NCBI GenBank assembly: GCA_035285125.1
Contig: JAYKHR010000091.1
Location: 1-54,892 of the forward strand
DNA from: Candidatus Sericytochromatia bacterium
Lineage (GTDB): Bacteria; Cyanobacteriota; Sericytochromatia; S15B-MN24; JAQBPE01
Reading direction: 5' to 3'
Length of the DNA: 54,892 bases
In this document: positions 1 through 8,906 of the stretch, in pieces
Layout of the letters: each line of letters begins with the position of its first letter
Position numbering within the stretch: the first letter of the stretch is position 1
The notes under the pieces: model-generated
Told to the model about the DNA's origin: nothing
What the model saw: only the letters and a program-made list of their open reading frames with translations
Databases searched by the model: none
Made by a program: the position numbers and the translations under genes

Positions 1-201
1 CCCACCCGCCTCGCCGCGGCCATACAGCAGCACCCAGAGCTGGCAAGCGAGGATGGCTGCCTTGCCCGCGCTGGCGCCGAGCAAGGTGGCTGCCACGTCG
101 TCGTCGCGTCGCAGGGCGAAGACCCACACCGTCCACAGGGCCAGGACGCCTGCGAGCAGGCCGGTGAGGGTGAACAGCGTCAGGGTTTGGAGGTCGTTCA
201 C
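1..201 (-). CDS. N-terminal part of a membrane protein (runs off the window edge)
   Basis: Manual translation from GTG at 201: MNDLQTLTLFTLTGLLAGVLALWTVWVFALRRDDDVAATLLGASAGKAAILACQLWVLLYGRGEAGG; two hydrophobic segments; open to base 1. Confidence 0.6.
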   Translation of the reverse strand, partial: MNDLQTLTLFTLTGLLAGVLALWTVWVFALRRDDDVAATLLGASAGKAAILACQLWVLLYGRGEAGG

Positions 202-315
202 GTTCTGTCGCGCGGGCAGCGGGGCCGGGCAGGCCCCCGGGTCCGTTGTACCGCATCGCCCCCTCGTGAGGCTGTGAGCGAGACCAGGATCTGGCGGGCA
301 GATCTGAGCCGGGCG

Positions 316-738
316 TCAGGCGCGTGGCTGGGCCGCCTGGGCCGCCAGCCGCCCCACCCCGGCGGCGAGCCCGGTCAGCAGCACGCCCCAGGCCAGGTCC
401 ACGGGCACCAGCAGAGCCGGCCAGCCCGCGATCACGGCCCAGTTGGTCAGCTCGTAGGTGCCGTAAGCGATCAACCCGAGCCAGGCCCCCCGAGCCCCCG
501 CGTTGCCCGGCGAGGTGGCAGGCACCACCGCCTGCCCCACGATAGCGGCGACGTAAAACAGATAGAACGCCGCCGCCACGGGGGCGTTCGCGGGCGTTGC
601 CAGCAGGGGGCCGAGCTGGCTGGCGTAAAACGGTCGGGCCAGCAGCCCGAGCCAGATCAGATCGAGGCAGACCATCGTGAGGCCGACCCCGACGGCGCCT
701 GCCGCCACGGCGCGGGCGGACAGTTGGTGGGCTTGCAT
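316..738 (-). CDS. DUF2177-like small membrane protein
   Basis: Motifs LDLIWLG, YGTYELTNWA and WP..LV.VDLAWG; ATG at 738 preceded by GGAGG. The longer ORF start overlaps the tRNA and was rejected. Confidence 0.8.
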   Translation of the reverse strand: MQAHQLSARAVAAGAVGVGLTMVCLDLIWLGLLARPFYASQLGPLLATPANAPVAAAFYLFYVAAIVGQAVVPATSPGNAGARGAWLGLIAYGTYELTNWAVIAGWPALLVPVDLAWGVLLTGLAAGVGRLAAQAAQPRA

Positions 739-754
739 GCGGCCTCCGTCCATC

Positions 755-786
755 AAAAACACCCCTGCCCGCGGGTCAGGGGTGTT
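755..786 (-). terminator. Intrinsic terminator downstream of tRNA-Val
   Basis: Minus strand AACACCCCTG...CAGGGGTGTT hairpin ending in a TTTTT run. Confidence 0.75.
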
Positions 787-792
787 GCGAGG

Positions 793-866
793 TGGGCATA
801 ACTGGACTCGAACCAGTGGCCTCCACGATGTCAACGTGGCGCTCTAACCAACTGAGCTATACGCCC
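793..866 (-). tRNA. tRNA-Val (GAC)
   Basis: Reverse complement GGGCGTATAGCTCAGTTGGTTAGAGCGCCACGTTGACATCGTGGAGGCCACTGGTTCGAGTCCAGTTATGCCCA folds as a cloverleaf; anticodon loop TT-GAC-AT; T-loop TTCGAGT; followed by CCT rather than CCA. Confidence 0.97.
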
Positions 867-876
867 GCAGCTCTGG

Positions 877-906
877 GTTGTAGCACGCCACGGGCCCGGC
901 CTGCAA
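877..906 (-). promoter_or_regulatory. Putative sigma70 promoter of tRNA-Val
   Basis: TTGCAG, 18-nt spacer, then TACAAC with an extended TG, just upstream of the tRNA 5' end. Confidence 0.5.
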
Positions 907-935
907 GGGGGCCGCGCGCGAGACGGCTGCGCGAA

Positions 936-949
936 CGTGGGTATAATCC
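936..949 (+). promoter_or_regulatory. Putative -10 element of the signalling operon
   Basis: Perfect TATAAT at 942-947 in a very GC-rich background, within CGTGGGTATAATCC. Confidence 0.55.
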
Positions 950-1023
950 CCGAGACGTGCTGGCACGACACCCCTCTCGGGCTTGTGGGCGGCACCGGTC
1001 CGCCCTCTTTCGGGAACATCGCC

Positions 1024-1503
1024 ATGAGCCCTACCTACGACGCCTCGGTCTCCTTCTCTCCCCGTAACTGGAGCTATGTAAGCTCGACGCGCATCATGCT
1101 GGCGAGCTTCTGCAACATGCAGGTGGCGAGCGAGGACATCGCCGACAAGGTCGCCATGACGGCTCAGGAGCTGCTGGAGAACGCCGTGAAGTACTCGGCC
1201 AGCCAGGACGACGCCGTCTCCCTCGACTTCAGCGTCCGCGACGGGCTCAACGTGGTGCTCGAGGTTCGGAACCGCGCCAGGGCCGACAAACTCGACCAAC
1301 TGCGCGAGCAGCACGAGCAGATCAGCCAGGGGGATCCCCTGCTGGCCTACCTGCAGAAAATGCAGCGCATTGCCGAGAACCCGCAGGCCGAGGGCAGCCA
1401 ACTCGGCCTCGCGCGGATCCGCTACGAGACTGGCTGCGATCTGCAGTTGCGCATCGATGACGACGTGGTCACGATGCGCGTCGAGTTTCCCCTGGCTTCC
1501 TGA
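1024..1503 (+). CDS. HATPase_c / anti-sigma-factor-like protein kinase (SiaB- or slr1658-like)
   Basis: N-box ELLENAVKYS and G-box SQLGLARI; about 159 aa stand-alone domain with no HisKA dimerisation domain. Confidence 0.75.
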   Translation: MSPTYDASVSFSPRNWSYVSSTRIMLASFCNMQVASEDIADKVAMTAQELLENAVKYSASQDDAVSLDFSVRDGLNVVLEVRNRARADKLDQLREQHEQISQGDPLLAYLQKMQRIAENPQAEGSQLGLARIRYETGCDLQLRIDDDVVTMRVEFPLAS

Positions 1504-1521
1504 GGAATTGGTACCACTGTC

Positions 1522-1908
1522 ATGAATGGCTTCGCGACCCTCGGCTTCAAGAACGACAAGGTCCAGATCGTGCCTGACGATGGGGCTGAACTCCTCACTG
1601 TGAGGTTCTCGGGACGGATTGACGACGCGGACCCGGGCGCCTTTGTGGACCCCACGCTCGAAGCAATTCACACCCAGATCGTTGCCAGCGGGTTGCGGGA
1701 AGTGGCGGCCGACTTCACGGAGCTGTCCTTCCTGAACTCCAGCGGCATCAAGAGCCTCATCAAATGGATCATGCGGCAGACAGAGCTCGACGAGGAGCAG
1801 AAGTACAAGATCAAGTTCCTGTACTCGGGGCGCGTCACGTGGCAGCAAACGAGCCTCAAGGCCCTCGCCTACCTCGCGCCCAAGACCGTCACGACTGTGC
1901 CCGTCTGA
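1522..1908 (+). CDS. STAS-like anti-anti-sigma / phospho-acceptor protein (SiaC- or slr1659-like)
   Basis: DFTELSFLNSSGIKSL matches the STAS phosphorylation loop; C-terminal WQ..SL..L..LAP. Confidence 0.75.
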   Translation: MNGFATLGFKNDKVQIVPDDGAELLTVRFSGRIDDADPGAFVDPTLEAIHTQIVASGLREVAADFTELSFLNSSGIKSLIKWIMRQTELDEEQKYKIKFLYSGRVTWQQTSLKALAYLAPKTVTTVPV

Positions 1909-1920
1909 GGGAGTTGCCGC

Positions 1921-3597
1921 GTGACCACCTCCGACCAGGACCCGCAAGGAGCTTCGGCGCAAGCGCTGTTCGATGCGCTGCCCAGGGCCTTCGACGCGCT
2001 CGCGGCGTCAGTGGAAGAGGAACTGACCCGAGACAAGGACGACCGCTCCCTCAAGGGCGTCTGGAACGCCCTCGTGGTCCAAGGTATGGCGCTGCTCGGG
2101 GCTACTGACGCTGTGCTGCTCGACCGGCGTGGCCGCGCCCGGGCTGCCCCGTTCGAAACCGCTCCCATTGTGGCCTCCGACGACGAGACGCTGTTCGATG
2201 GGCCCTCCCACACCCCGGTGTGCCGACCGGGGTACGACGGCCGCCCCTGCGTCACGTCACACTTCGGCCTCCCGCAGGGCGACAGGCTGGTGCTCGCCCT
2301 CGCCGCCGACGGGGGCGGTGAACCTTCCCGGCAAGCCCTCGCGGCCCTGTCTCTGCTGACTCGCCAGGCCGTGGCCGCCGTGCAGGGCCTCGACGCCCTC
2401 AACCGCGTCGACATGCTCATGGAGCTGTCTGGGCTCACGCTTGAGAACCTGGGCAGCGAGGCCCAGACCGCCCGCACCGACGGCCTCACCGGTCTTGCCA
2501 CCCACGACTTCTTTCAGCAACGCCTCGCCGAGGAACTTGCCGCGAGCGACCGCCACGGGCTGCCGCTCTCGTTCATGATCTTCGACCTCGACCACTTCAA
2601 GTCCATCAACGACACGTACGGGCACCAGGCGGGCGACCTCGTCCTCAAGGGCGCTGCGGCCATGTTGAAGGACAGCGTGCGGAAGTACGACCTCGTGGCG
2701 CGCTACGGGGGCGAGGAGTTCGCCGTGATCCTCCCCAACGCGGACGAAGACTCGGCCTTCAGCCTGGCCGAGCGGCTGCGAAAGACCTTGGAGGGGATGA
2801 GCTTCGCCGTGACGGAGTCACGCGCGATCAGGGTCACGGCGTCCATCGGCGTGGCGAGTCGCACGGAGCGAGACGCCGTACCGAAAGACCTCATCAAGCG
2901 TGCAGACGTGGCCCTCTATGCCGCCAAGAACGGCGGCCGCAACCGGGTTGTGATGGCGACGGGGCCGACGGTCGAGGCCGTCAACGCGATCGGTGCGCCG
3001 CGGCAGGGGTCGCACGAGCTTTTTTACTCCTTGGCGCGCGCCTTCGCCTCAGCCATCGAGGCCCGTATCCCCAACATGCTCGGCCACTCCGAGACCGTCG
3101 GCGATCTGGCGCGGCGGATGGGGGCGGCGCTCGGGCTGCCCCCGGACAAGCAGGAGGCCCTTCAGATTGCCGGGCTGCTCCATGACGTGGGCATGATGGC
3201 CGTGCCGGAGCGGGTCATTTTCAAGACCGAGAACCTCGACCAGGCCGACTGGAACCTCATGCGGGAGCACCCTGCGCGCGGCGTTGGGCTGCTTGCCAAG
3301 TTCAGCACCTTCTCCGGGCTGCTAGAGGCCGTGCTGTACCACCACGAGCGGTGGGATGGCACGGGCTACCCGGAGGGCCTGAAGGGGGCGTCCATTCCAA
3401 TGGGCGCCCGCATTCTGGCCGTATGTGACGCCTACGACGCGATGGTCCGCGGCGACTACACCTTCGGCATCGGCAAGGCCATTCCCGACGCGCTCCAAGA
3501 GCTTGAGCGCTGCTCAGGGACGCAGTTCGACCCTGAGCTGGTGAACCTGTTCCTCAAGCTGCAGGCGTCGACGGCGCCGGAAGGGCAGCCCGCCTGA
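1921..3597 (+). CDS. Diguanylate cyclase (GGDEF) fused to an HD-GYP phosphodiesterase
   Basis: TDGLTGL, DLDHFKSINDTYGH, I-site RKYD, GGEEF; then LLHDVG and HHERWDGTGYP. Confidence 0.95.
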   Translation: MTTSDQDPQGASAQALFDALPRAFDALAASVEEELTRDKDDRSLKGVWNALVVQGMALLGATDAVLLDRRGRARAAPFETAPIVASDDETLFDGPSHTPVCRPGYDGRPCVTSHFGLPQGDRLVLALAADGGGEPSRQALAALSLLTRQAVAAVQGLDALNRVDMLMELSGLTLENLGSEAQTARTDGLTGLATHDFFQQRLAEELAASDRHGLPLSFMIFDLDHFKSINDTYGHQAGDLVLKGAAAMLKDSVRKYDLVARYGGEEFAVILPNADEDSAFSLAERLRKTLEGMSFAVTESRAIRVTASIGVASRTERDAVPKDLIKRADVALYAAKNGGRNRVVMATGPTVEAVNAIGAPRQGSHELFYSLARAFASAIEARIPNMLGHSETVGDLARRMGAALGLPPDKQEALQIAGLLHDVGMMAVPERVIFKTENLDQADWNLMREHPARGVGLLAKFSTFSGLLEAVLYHHERWDGTGYPEGLKGASIPMGARILAVCDAYDAMVRGDYTFGIGKAIPDALQELERCSGTQFDPELVNLFLKLQASTAPEGQPA

Positions 3598-3846
3598 GGG
3601 CTGGCCGGGCTAAAGCTCGGTTCTGGGGTGGCCGATGGTGGGCAAGGGCGGAGCGATGCTCGGCCCCTTTGGATCGATCGTGCGGTCGAGCCAGGTCGAC
3701 AGCGTCCTGCCTGCGGCGGCGCGCGTGACATGATCACTGCTCGCTTCGTGGGTATGATCCAAGATAGGACCCTGCCGGCCAGCCTCGACCACCCTGGCCT
3801 CGCCACCCCAGCCCTCGGGTTGCGCCGCCGGAGAAGGAGCTCGTAC

Positions 3847-6366
3847 ATGCCGTTCAACGTTCGTAACCCGCGCACCCTGGTGACCGCCACGCTGGCGGCG
3901 ACCGTGGCGCTGGCGGGCTGTGCGCCGACCTCCTTGATGGCGTCGCGCCAGGCCATCGAGCCGCCGGCCGCCGTTGCGCAGGGAACGGAGAGCGTGCTGC
4001 CTGCCGGGACCTTCACGGGCCTCGTGGCGGCCTTCGACGGCAAGGCGTTCGCGCCCGTCGGGGGGGCCCGGCTCGAGGTGCTGGGCACGGGCAAGGTCGT
4101 CGAGACCGACGGCGACGGTGCTTACACCGTGGCAGGCCTGAAGGCGGGGACTTACAAGGTGGCCGTCACCAAGGCGGGCTTCGAACGGCACGAGGCTGAG
4201 GTGCTGCTGTCGCCCGTGGCGGGCACGCCGCGCGTCAACGTGGCGCTGAACCCGGCCCGGTCGGGCTATGGCCTGCAGCAGACGCCAATCACCGTCACGG
4301 TGTCCGGCGTGGCGAAGGACCCACGTGGCGCCGCCTTGCCCAACGCCGTGGTGCGGTTCGCCGCTGCCGGTAGCGGCACCGGGCAGGCCACGACGACCGC
4401 CTCCGCTAACGCGCAGGGGTTCTACAGCGTCCAGCTCACCGGCATGGTCGTCAGCCAGGCCAGCCCGGCCTACATCTACGTCACCGCCTCCGGCGTGAGC
4501 CCCGGCGGCGTCAACCTCGCCACCTTGGCCCCCGTGGGCCGACCGCTGACGGGTGCCTCGGCCGTGCTCGACCCGTCCTGTGCCGCCTTCACCCTGCCGG
4601 GGGCCGTCACCTTTCCCAACGGCACCTTTGTGCGTCTCACGGACCCCAACCCCGAGGCCGTGGTGGAGATCGAGCGGGCCTCGGGCCGAGCTGACGAGTT
4701 CTACATCGAGCTCACGGACGACCTCACGGGGCAAGTTTACGGCGTGCTGGCCAACTCCGTGGCGGACGTCGCGGGTGCCAACCCGCCCCGCAAGCTCATC
4801 CGGTTCCGGCCACCCGCCACGATCTCGGGGAGCACCTTCAGCGCACGGTACCGGCCCTTCGGCACGTCCCAGATGACCAACTTCGGGTCGTCTTACGTCG
4901 TCAACTACACCCAGGCCGATTTCGACAGCAACCTGACCTACGGCACGCAGGCGCTGCGGGACTGGTCCAAGAGCTCCGTCGAGACGCTCGAGGGGGCGTC
5001 CCCGACCATTGTGGTCGGGCTGCTGGCGCGAAACCCCAATGAAGGGCTGTGGGTCCCTGGTGAGACCGCGCGCTACCAGCTGACCTTCCAGAACAGCAAT
5101 GCGAACGTCTCGCAAGACCTCCGCCTGACGGGCGCCGCGCCGGTGGGCTCGCGGATTGCGCGCGTCTTGCTGACGACGCGGCGCAACGGCGTCGTGGTCG
5201 CGAACCGCCAGGCCCTGGTGGCGACCACCAACTTCTCCATCACGAACGCCACGACAGGGGCCTTCGAGGTGAAGGGCTTCAACGTGCCGGATGAGGAGGG
5301 TGGCAGCAACGGCGAGGCCACGATCGAGATCGACTTCGAGTCGCCCGCGAGCCTGCCGCCGGCCTCGCAATTCACACTGAACAACCTGATCGTCACCATG
5401 CCCAGCGCAGGCTTGACGCGGGGAGCCGCCCCCGGGACCGGCGGTGTGCAGGGCTTCACCGACACCGCGACGTCCACGCGCGGCGACATCGTCGTCACCG
5501 CGGGCGCGGGCGGCCTCACGATCGCCAAGTCGATCGTCGACAGCGCCGTGGCCGGCCTGGCGGAGGTCACGCTCACCATCACCCCTGGCGGCTCCACGGC
5601 CGCCGGCGCATTCCGGATCCAGGACATCACCGGCACGAGCATGAACATCGAGCCTGCGCGGGCCACCATCACCGGCACCACCGCCCTGGCGGCGCAGGGG
5701 ACGAACGTCGGCTTCCAGCCGCCTGAGCAACTGGTCTTGCGGGTCGATGGGGTGACGCTGGCCCCCATCGTGGTCGCCGACAACATGACGCTGGAGACTT
5801 TTTGCCAGATCGTCAACGCCACGACGGGGAACCAGGTGACGGCGCGCCGTAACCCCAACGGCTCGAACACCTTCCAGATCGTGCACGCCCAGATCGGCTC
5901 GGCGTCGACCATCGAGATCGACACCACCACCACAGACTCGCTCTCGACCCGACTCGGGCTCACGGAGGGGCCGGGTGGCGCCGCAGCAGGTGCTGACGGC
6001 CTTATCGCGGAGTTCGCGGGCAACGGGGCCGGCGTGACGATGCCGACGACGACGGGGTGGACCTTCTCCGGCACGACTTCCCAGCACACCGTGGTGTCCG
6101 GGGCCGGACGGGTCACTGCCGGGTTCAACATCCTGCCCCCGTCCACCCCGCTCACGGGTCCCGACACCTTCACGACCCCCATCACCGTGCGCTACAACAT
6201 CCGGCGCACGAACAACGCCGGCGGCCACACCGTCGGCGGCGGGGCGGCCGGGTTTGGGGCCACCATCAACGCCGTCAATGCCGTCACCCCCTACACCGAC
6301 ACCCTTCGCGATCTGGCGGTGGGGGGTGTCAACGCCGCCGACACCGTGGCTGTCACGGTAAACTGA
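3847..6366 (+). CDS. Large surface lipoprotein with carboxypeptidase-regulatory-like and Ig-like beta domains
   Basis: RBS AAGGAG before ATG 3847; lipobox LAGC; TDGDGAYTVAGLKAGTYKVAVTKAGF; DUF11-like PGETARYQLTFQN and LTIAKS; rich in Thr/Gly/Asn/Ala. Confidence 0.75.
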   Translation: MPFNVRNPRTLVTATLAATVALAGCAPTSLMASRQAIEPPAAVAQGTESVLPAGTFTGLVAAFDGKAFAPVGGARLEVLGTGKVVETDGDGAYTVAGLKAGTYKVAVTKAGFERHEAEVLLSPVAGTPRVNVALNPARSGYGLQQTPITVTVSGVAKDPRGAALPNAVVRFAAAGSGTGQATTTASANAQGFYSVQLTGMVVSQASPAYIYVTASGVSPGGVNLATLAPVGRPLTGASAVLDPSCAAFTLPGAVTFPNGTFVRLTDPNPEAVVEIERASGRADEFYIELTDDLTGQVYGVLANSVADVAGANPPRKLIRFRPPATISGSTFSARYRPFGTSQMTNFGSSYVVNYTQADFDSNLTYGTQALRDWSKSSVETLEGASPTIVVGLLARNPNEGLWVPGETARYQLTFQNSNANVSQDLRLTGAAPVGSRIARVLLTTRRNGVVVANRQALVATTNFSITNATTGAFEVKGFNVPDEEGGSNGEATIEIDFESPASLPPASQFTLNNLIVTMPSAGLTRGAAPGTGGVQGFTDTATSTRGDIVVTAGAGGLTIAKSIVDSAVAGLAEVTLTITPGGSTAAGAFRIQDITGTSMNIEPARATITGTTALAAQGTNVGFQPPEQLVLRVDGVTLAPIVVADNMTLETFCQIVNATTGNQVTARRNPNGSNTFQIVHAQIGSASTIEIDTTTTDSLSTRLGLTEGPGGAAAGADGLIAEFAGNGAGVTMPTTTGWTFSGTTSQHTVVSGAGRVTAGFNILPPSTPLTGPDTFTTPITVRYNIRRTNNAGGHTVGGGAAGFGATINAVNAVTPYTDTLRDLAVGGVNAADTVAVTVN

Positions 6367-6390
6367 CGCCGCGCGTCGGGGCGTCGCGAG

Positions 6391-7086
6391 GTGACACCGG
6401 TGCGTGCCCTGCCTCTCTGTTTGGTGCTGGTTTGCTTGTTGCCCCTGGCCTGCCAGGGGCGCGGCAGCACGCCGGGCGCGCGCGTGCCGATGACGGTCCG
6501 GCAGGCCGCTGCCCGCCCGGCGCCTGCCTCGGGGCCGCCGGCGGCGCGCCCCGCGGGCCCCACGCTCCAGGCTGCCACCCCCTCCCCGACGCCTCCGATG
6601 GGGGCGGCCCCTCCGCCGCCCGCCACCCCCGTGCCTTCCGGCTACGTGGCTGCCCTGCCGTCCGGGCTGGTGGTGCCTAGCTTTGCCCCGGTGCCTGAGG
6701 GCTCGGCGCTGCCCTCCCCGGCGCTGGGCACGCCCGTGCCCGTCGCCTCCTCCGCGACGGCCCGGGTTCCAGGGCGGGTACTCTCAAACGGCCTGATGGT
6801 GGGCGAGGGAGAGATTTCCGGGGCGGTGTTCGAGCCTGCGAACCCGGCTCCAAGGGCCGTCGAGGGGGTGCGGGTGTTTGTCTCGGCCGTGCTGGAGCCC
6901 TCCCGCAGGGCGGAGCTGGTGGGGGCCTCGGACGGCGGCTTCAAGCTTGGGGGCGTGGCGCTCGGAGACTACTACGTCCGCGTCGAGAAGGATGGCTACG
7001 AGGCGGACTCCGCCCCCACGTTGATGCGCCTGTATCCGGGCTACACGGCGGCCCACACGCTGTTCCTCATCGTGCCGTCGCCATGA
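6391..7086 (+). CDS. Lipoprotein with Pro-rich linker and carboxypeptidase-regulatory-like domain
   Basis: Signal peptide ending PLAC; DGGFKLGGVALGDYYVRVEKDGY. Confidence 0.7.
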   Translation: MTPVRALPLCLVLVCLLPLACQGRGSTPGARVPMTVRQAAARPAPASGPPAARPAGPTLQAATPSPTPPMGAAPPPPATPVPSGYVAALPSGLVVPSFAPVPEGSALPSPALGTPVPVASSATARVPGRVLSNGLMVGEGEISGAVFEPANPAPRAVEGVRVFVSAVLEPSRRAELVGASDGGFKLGGVALGDYYVRVEKDGYEADSAPTLMRLYPGYTAAHTLFLIVPSP

Positions 7087-8078
7087 CCCGGGGGAGCTGC
7101 CTCGCCTGGGGCTGCGTCGCGGTCGGGCTGAGCCTCGCGGCCTGCCGGACGGGGCAGGGCACGACGGCCGCCCCGACACCCGTGAGGGAGCCACAGCCTG
7201 CTACCACGCGCTTCGAGGGCGGTGAACCCCTGCTGGCCGGCCTGGTGATCGGCCGCGTCTGTCGGCTGGAGGGTGGGCGGTTCGTCGGGGTTGCCGGCGC
7301 GTCCGTCACCCTCGACGGGGGCGCCGCCGTCGCCTCCACCGTGGGCGGGGGCGCCTACGGGTTTGAGCGGGTGGCGCCGGGGGTGCACCGCGTCACCGTC
7401 ACCGAACCCGGGATGAGCCCGATGAACGTCGCCTTCAGGGTCGGCGGGGCGGCCGGCCTCGGACGGGTGAACCTAGGCCTGGTGCCTCAGGCCCCAGAGG
7501 GTGGTTCTGCCTCAGAGGACATCTTGCTGGCTGGGGTGGCGGTGGATCCGCGCGGTTGTGCCCTGCCGGGGGCCACCGTCAGGGTCGCGGACTCGCTGAC
7601 CTCGCTGGGAAACGCGGCCGTGCAGGCCGATGGCGACGGCTTCTGGAGCCTGACGCTGGAGAAGGCGCGGCGCGGGCCGCTGACCAGCGGCGTGGCCAGC
7701 CTGACGGCATATGGTCGGACGCCCGGGGGCATCGCCGTCGAGGCGATGGAGGTCCTGACCGTGCCGTTGCGGGACGTCCCGAGCGTGTCGCTCGTCGCCG
7801 CCACCCGGGCGTTTTCGCTGCCCACGGCGCTGGCCTGGGAGAGCGGTGGCGCGGGTGGGGGGCGGCTGCGGGCAGAGGGCCTGCCGAGGCGGCGGGACGA
7901 GCTCGTGGTCAGGCTTCACGCCGGTGCGGCCAGCGTCGAGGTGTTGCCGGCCTCGCTGGGCCCGGACGGGGCGCGGCTGGAGTGGGCCGCCTCCCTGACA
8001 CCGTCCCGTGTCGAGTTGCTGCCGCTGGGCCTCGTGCCCGCGAGTGGCGAGGCCCCAGGCCTCTCCCTCACGCCCTGA
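7083..8078 (+). CDS. Lipoprotein paralogous to the N-terminal third of 3847-6366
   Basis: Lipobox LAAC; ATGA overlap with the previous gene; colinear motifs DPRG.ALP.A.VR, G.TPGG, AF.LP and R.DE. Confidence 0.7.
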   Translation: MTRGSCLAWGCVAVGLSLAACRTGQGTTAAPTPVREPQPATTRFEGGEPLLAGLVIGRVCRLEGGRFVGVAGASVTLDGGAAVASTVGGGAYGFERVAPGVHRVTVTEPGMSPMNVAFRVGGAAGLGRVNLGLVPQAPEGGSASEDILLAGVAVDPRGCALPGATVRVADSLTSLGNAAVQADGDGFWSLTLEKARRGPLTSGVASLTAYGRTPGGIAVEAMEVLTVPLRDVPSVSLVAATRAFSLPTALAWESGGAGGGRLRAEGLPRRRDELVVRLHAGAASVEVLPASLGPDGARLEWAASLTPSRVELLPLGLVPASGEAPGLSLTP

Positions 8079-8129
8079 CGGGCAAGGCCGGGGGAGGCGC
8101 AGTCAGGCGGCGCGGGCGCTCGCCAGGTG

Positions 8130-8870
8130 TCACGCGACGGCTGGACCGGACCCGTCGCGGAGCCGGAGGATGGCGGCGCGCGTGTCGGACACGAGGGCCT
8201 CCAGGTTTTCCTTGCCGTAGGTCGCGGGGTCGATCGGGGGCCCGAAGTGCACGCCCACGACCCCGGGTGAGGCCCACCAGCGTCCCGTGGTCATGACGGC
8301 GTCGGCGCCGCGGAAGGCGAAGGGCACGATCGTTGCCCCCGCATCGAGGGCGAGGTGGAAGCCCCCCTTCTTGAATGGGCCAAGCTCACCGCTCCGCGTG
8401 CGGGTGCCCTCGGGGAACATCCCGAACCAGACGCCCTCCGAGAGCAGCCTGGAGGCTTCCGCGACGACGCGACGGGCCTCTTCCGGGTCCGATCGCCGGC
8501 TGACGGGGACGTTGCCCCAGCGCCGCATCAGGAACCCGTAGATGGGGATGCGGAAGTTCTCAACCTTCTCGAAGCCCGCCAGCGGGTTGGGGAGCAGGCT
8601 CGTGAGGATGAGGTGGTCCAGCCAGTTCACGTGGTTGCCCATCAGCAGCAGGTGCCCGCTGCGGGCCAGGTGCTCGCGGCCCTCGACGCGCACGTCGACG
8701 CCAGCCAGACGCATGGTGAGCCGGAAGACCGAGGTCGCGAATGGCCACACCTCCTGGCGCGTCCTGAGCGAGATGGCGACCAGCAGCACCGGCATTCCGA
8801 CCAGCAGCAGCAGCAGCAAGGTGCCGTAGACGCGCAGTGAGCCAACCAACCTGACGACCGACTGAACCAA
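8130..8870 (-). CDS. plsC: 1-acyl-sn-glycerol-3-phosphate acyltransferase
   Basis: NHVNWLD (NHx4D), FPEGTRT, PFKKGGF and an N-terminal TM helix. Confidence 0.9.
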   Translation of the reverse strand: MVQSVVRLVGSLRVYGTLLLLLLVGMPVLLVAISLRTRQEVWPFATSVFRLTMRLAGVDVRVEGREHLARSGHLLLMGNHVNWLDHLILTSLLPNPLAGFEKVENFRIPIYGFLMRRWGNVPVSRRSDPEEARRVVAEASRLLSEGVWFGMFPEGTRTRSGELGPFKKGGFHLALDAGATIVPFAFRGADAVMTTGRWWASPGVVGVHFGPPIDPATYGKENLEALVSDTRAAILRLRDGSGPAVA

Positions 8871-8906
8871 AGACCCCTCCAGCCTGCCCGACCTGGCGGC
8901 CGTGCT

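Noticed and set aside
739..834. N-terminal extension of the DUF2177 ORF to 834
   Set aside because: It overlaps the tRNA and its terminator; ATG 738 has a GGAGG RBS.
790..866. tRNA-Val as a genomic-island attachment site; missing encoded CCA
   Set aside because: I saw no integrase and no duplicated tRNA 3' end in the window; non-templated CCA addition is common.
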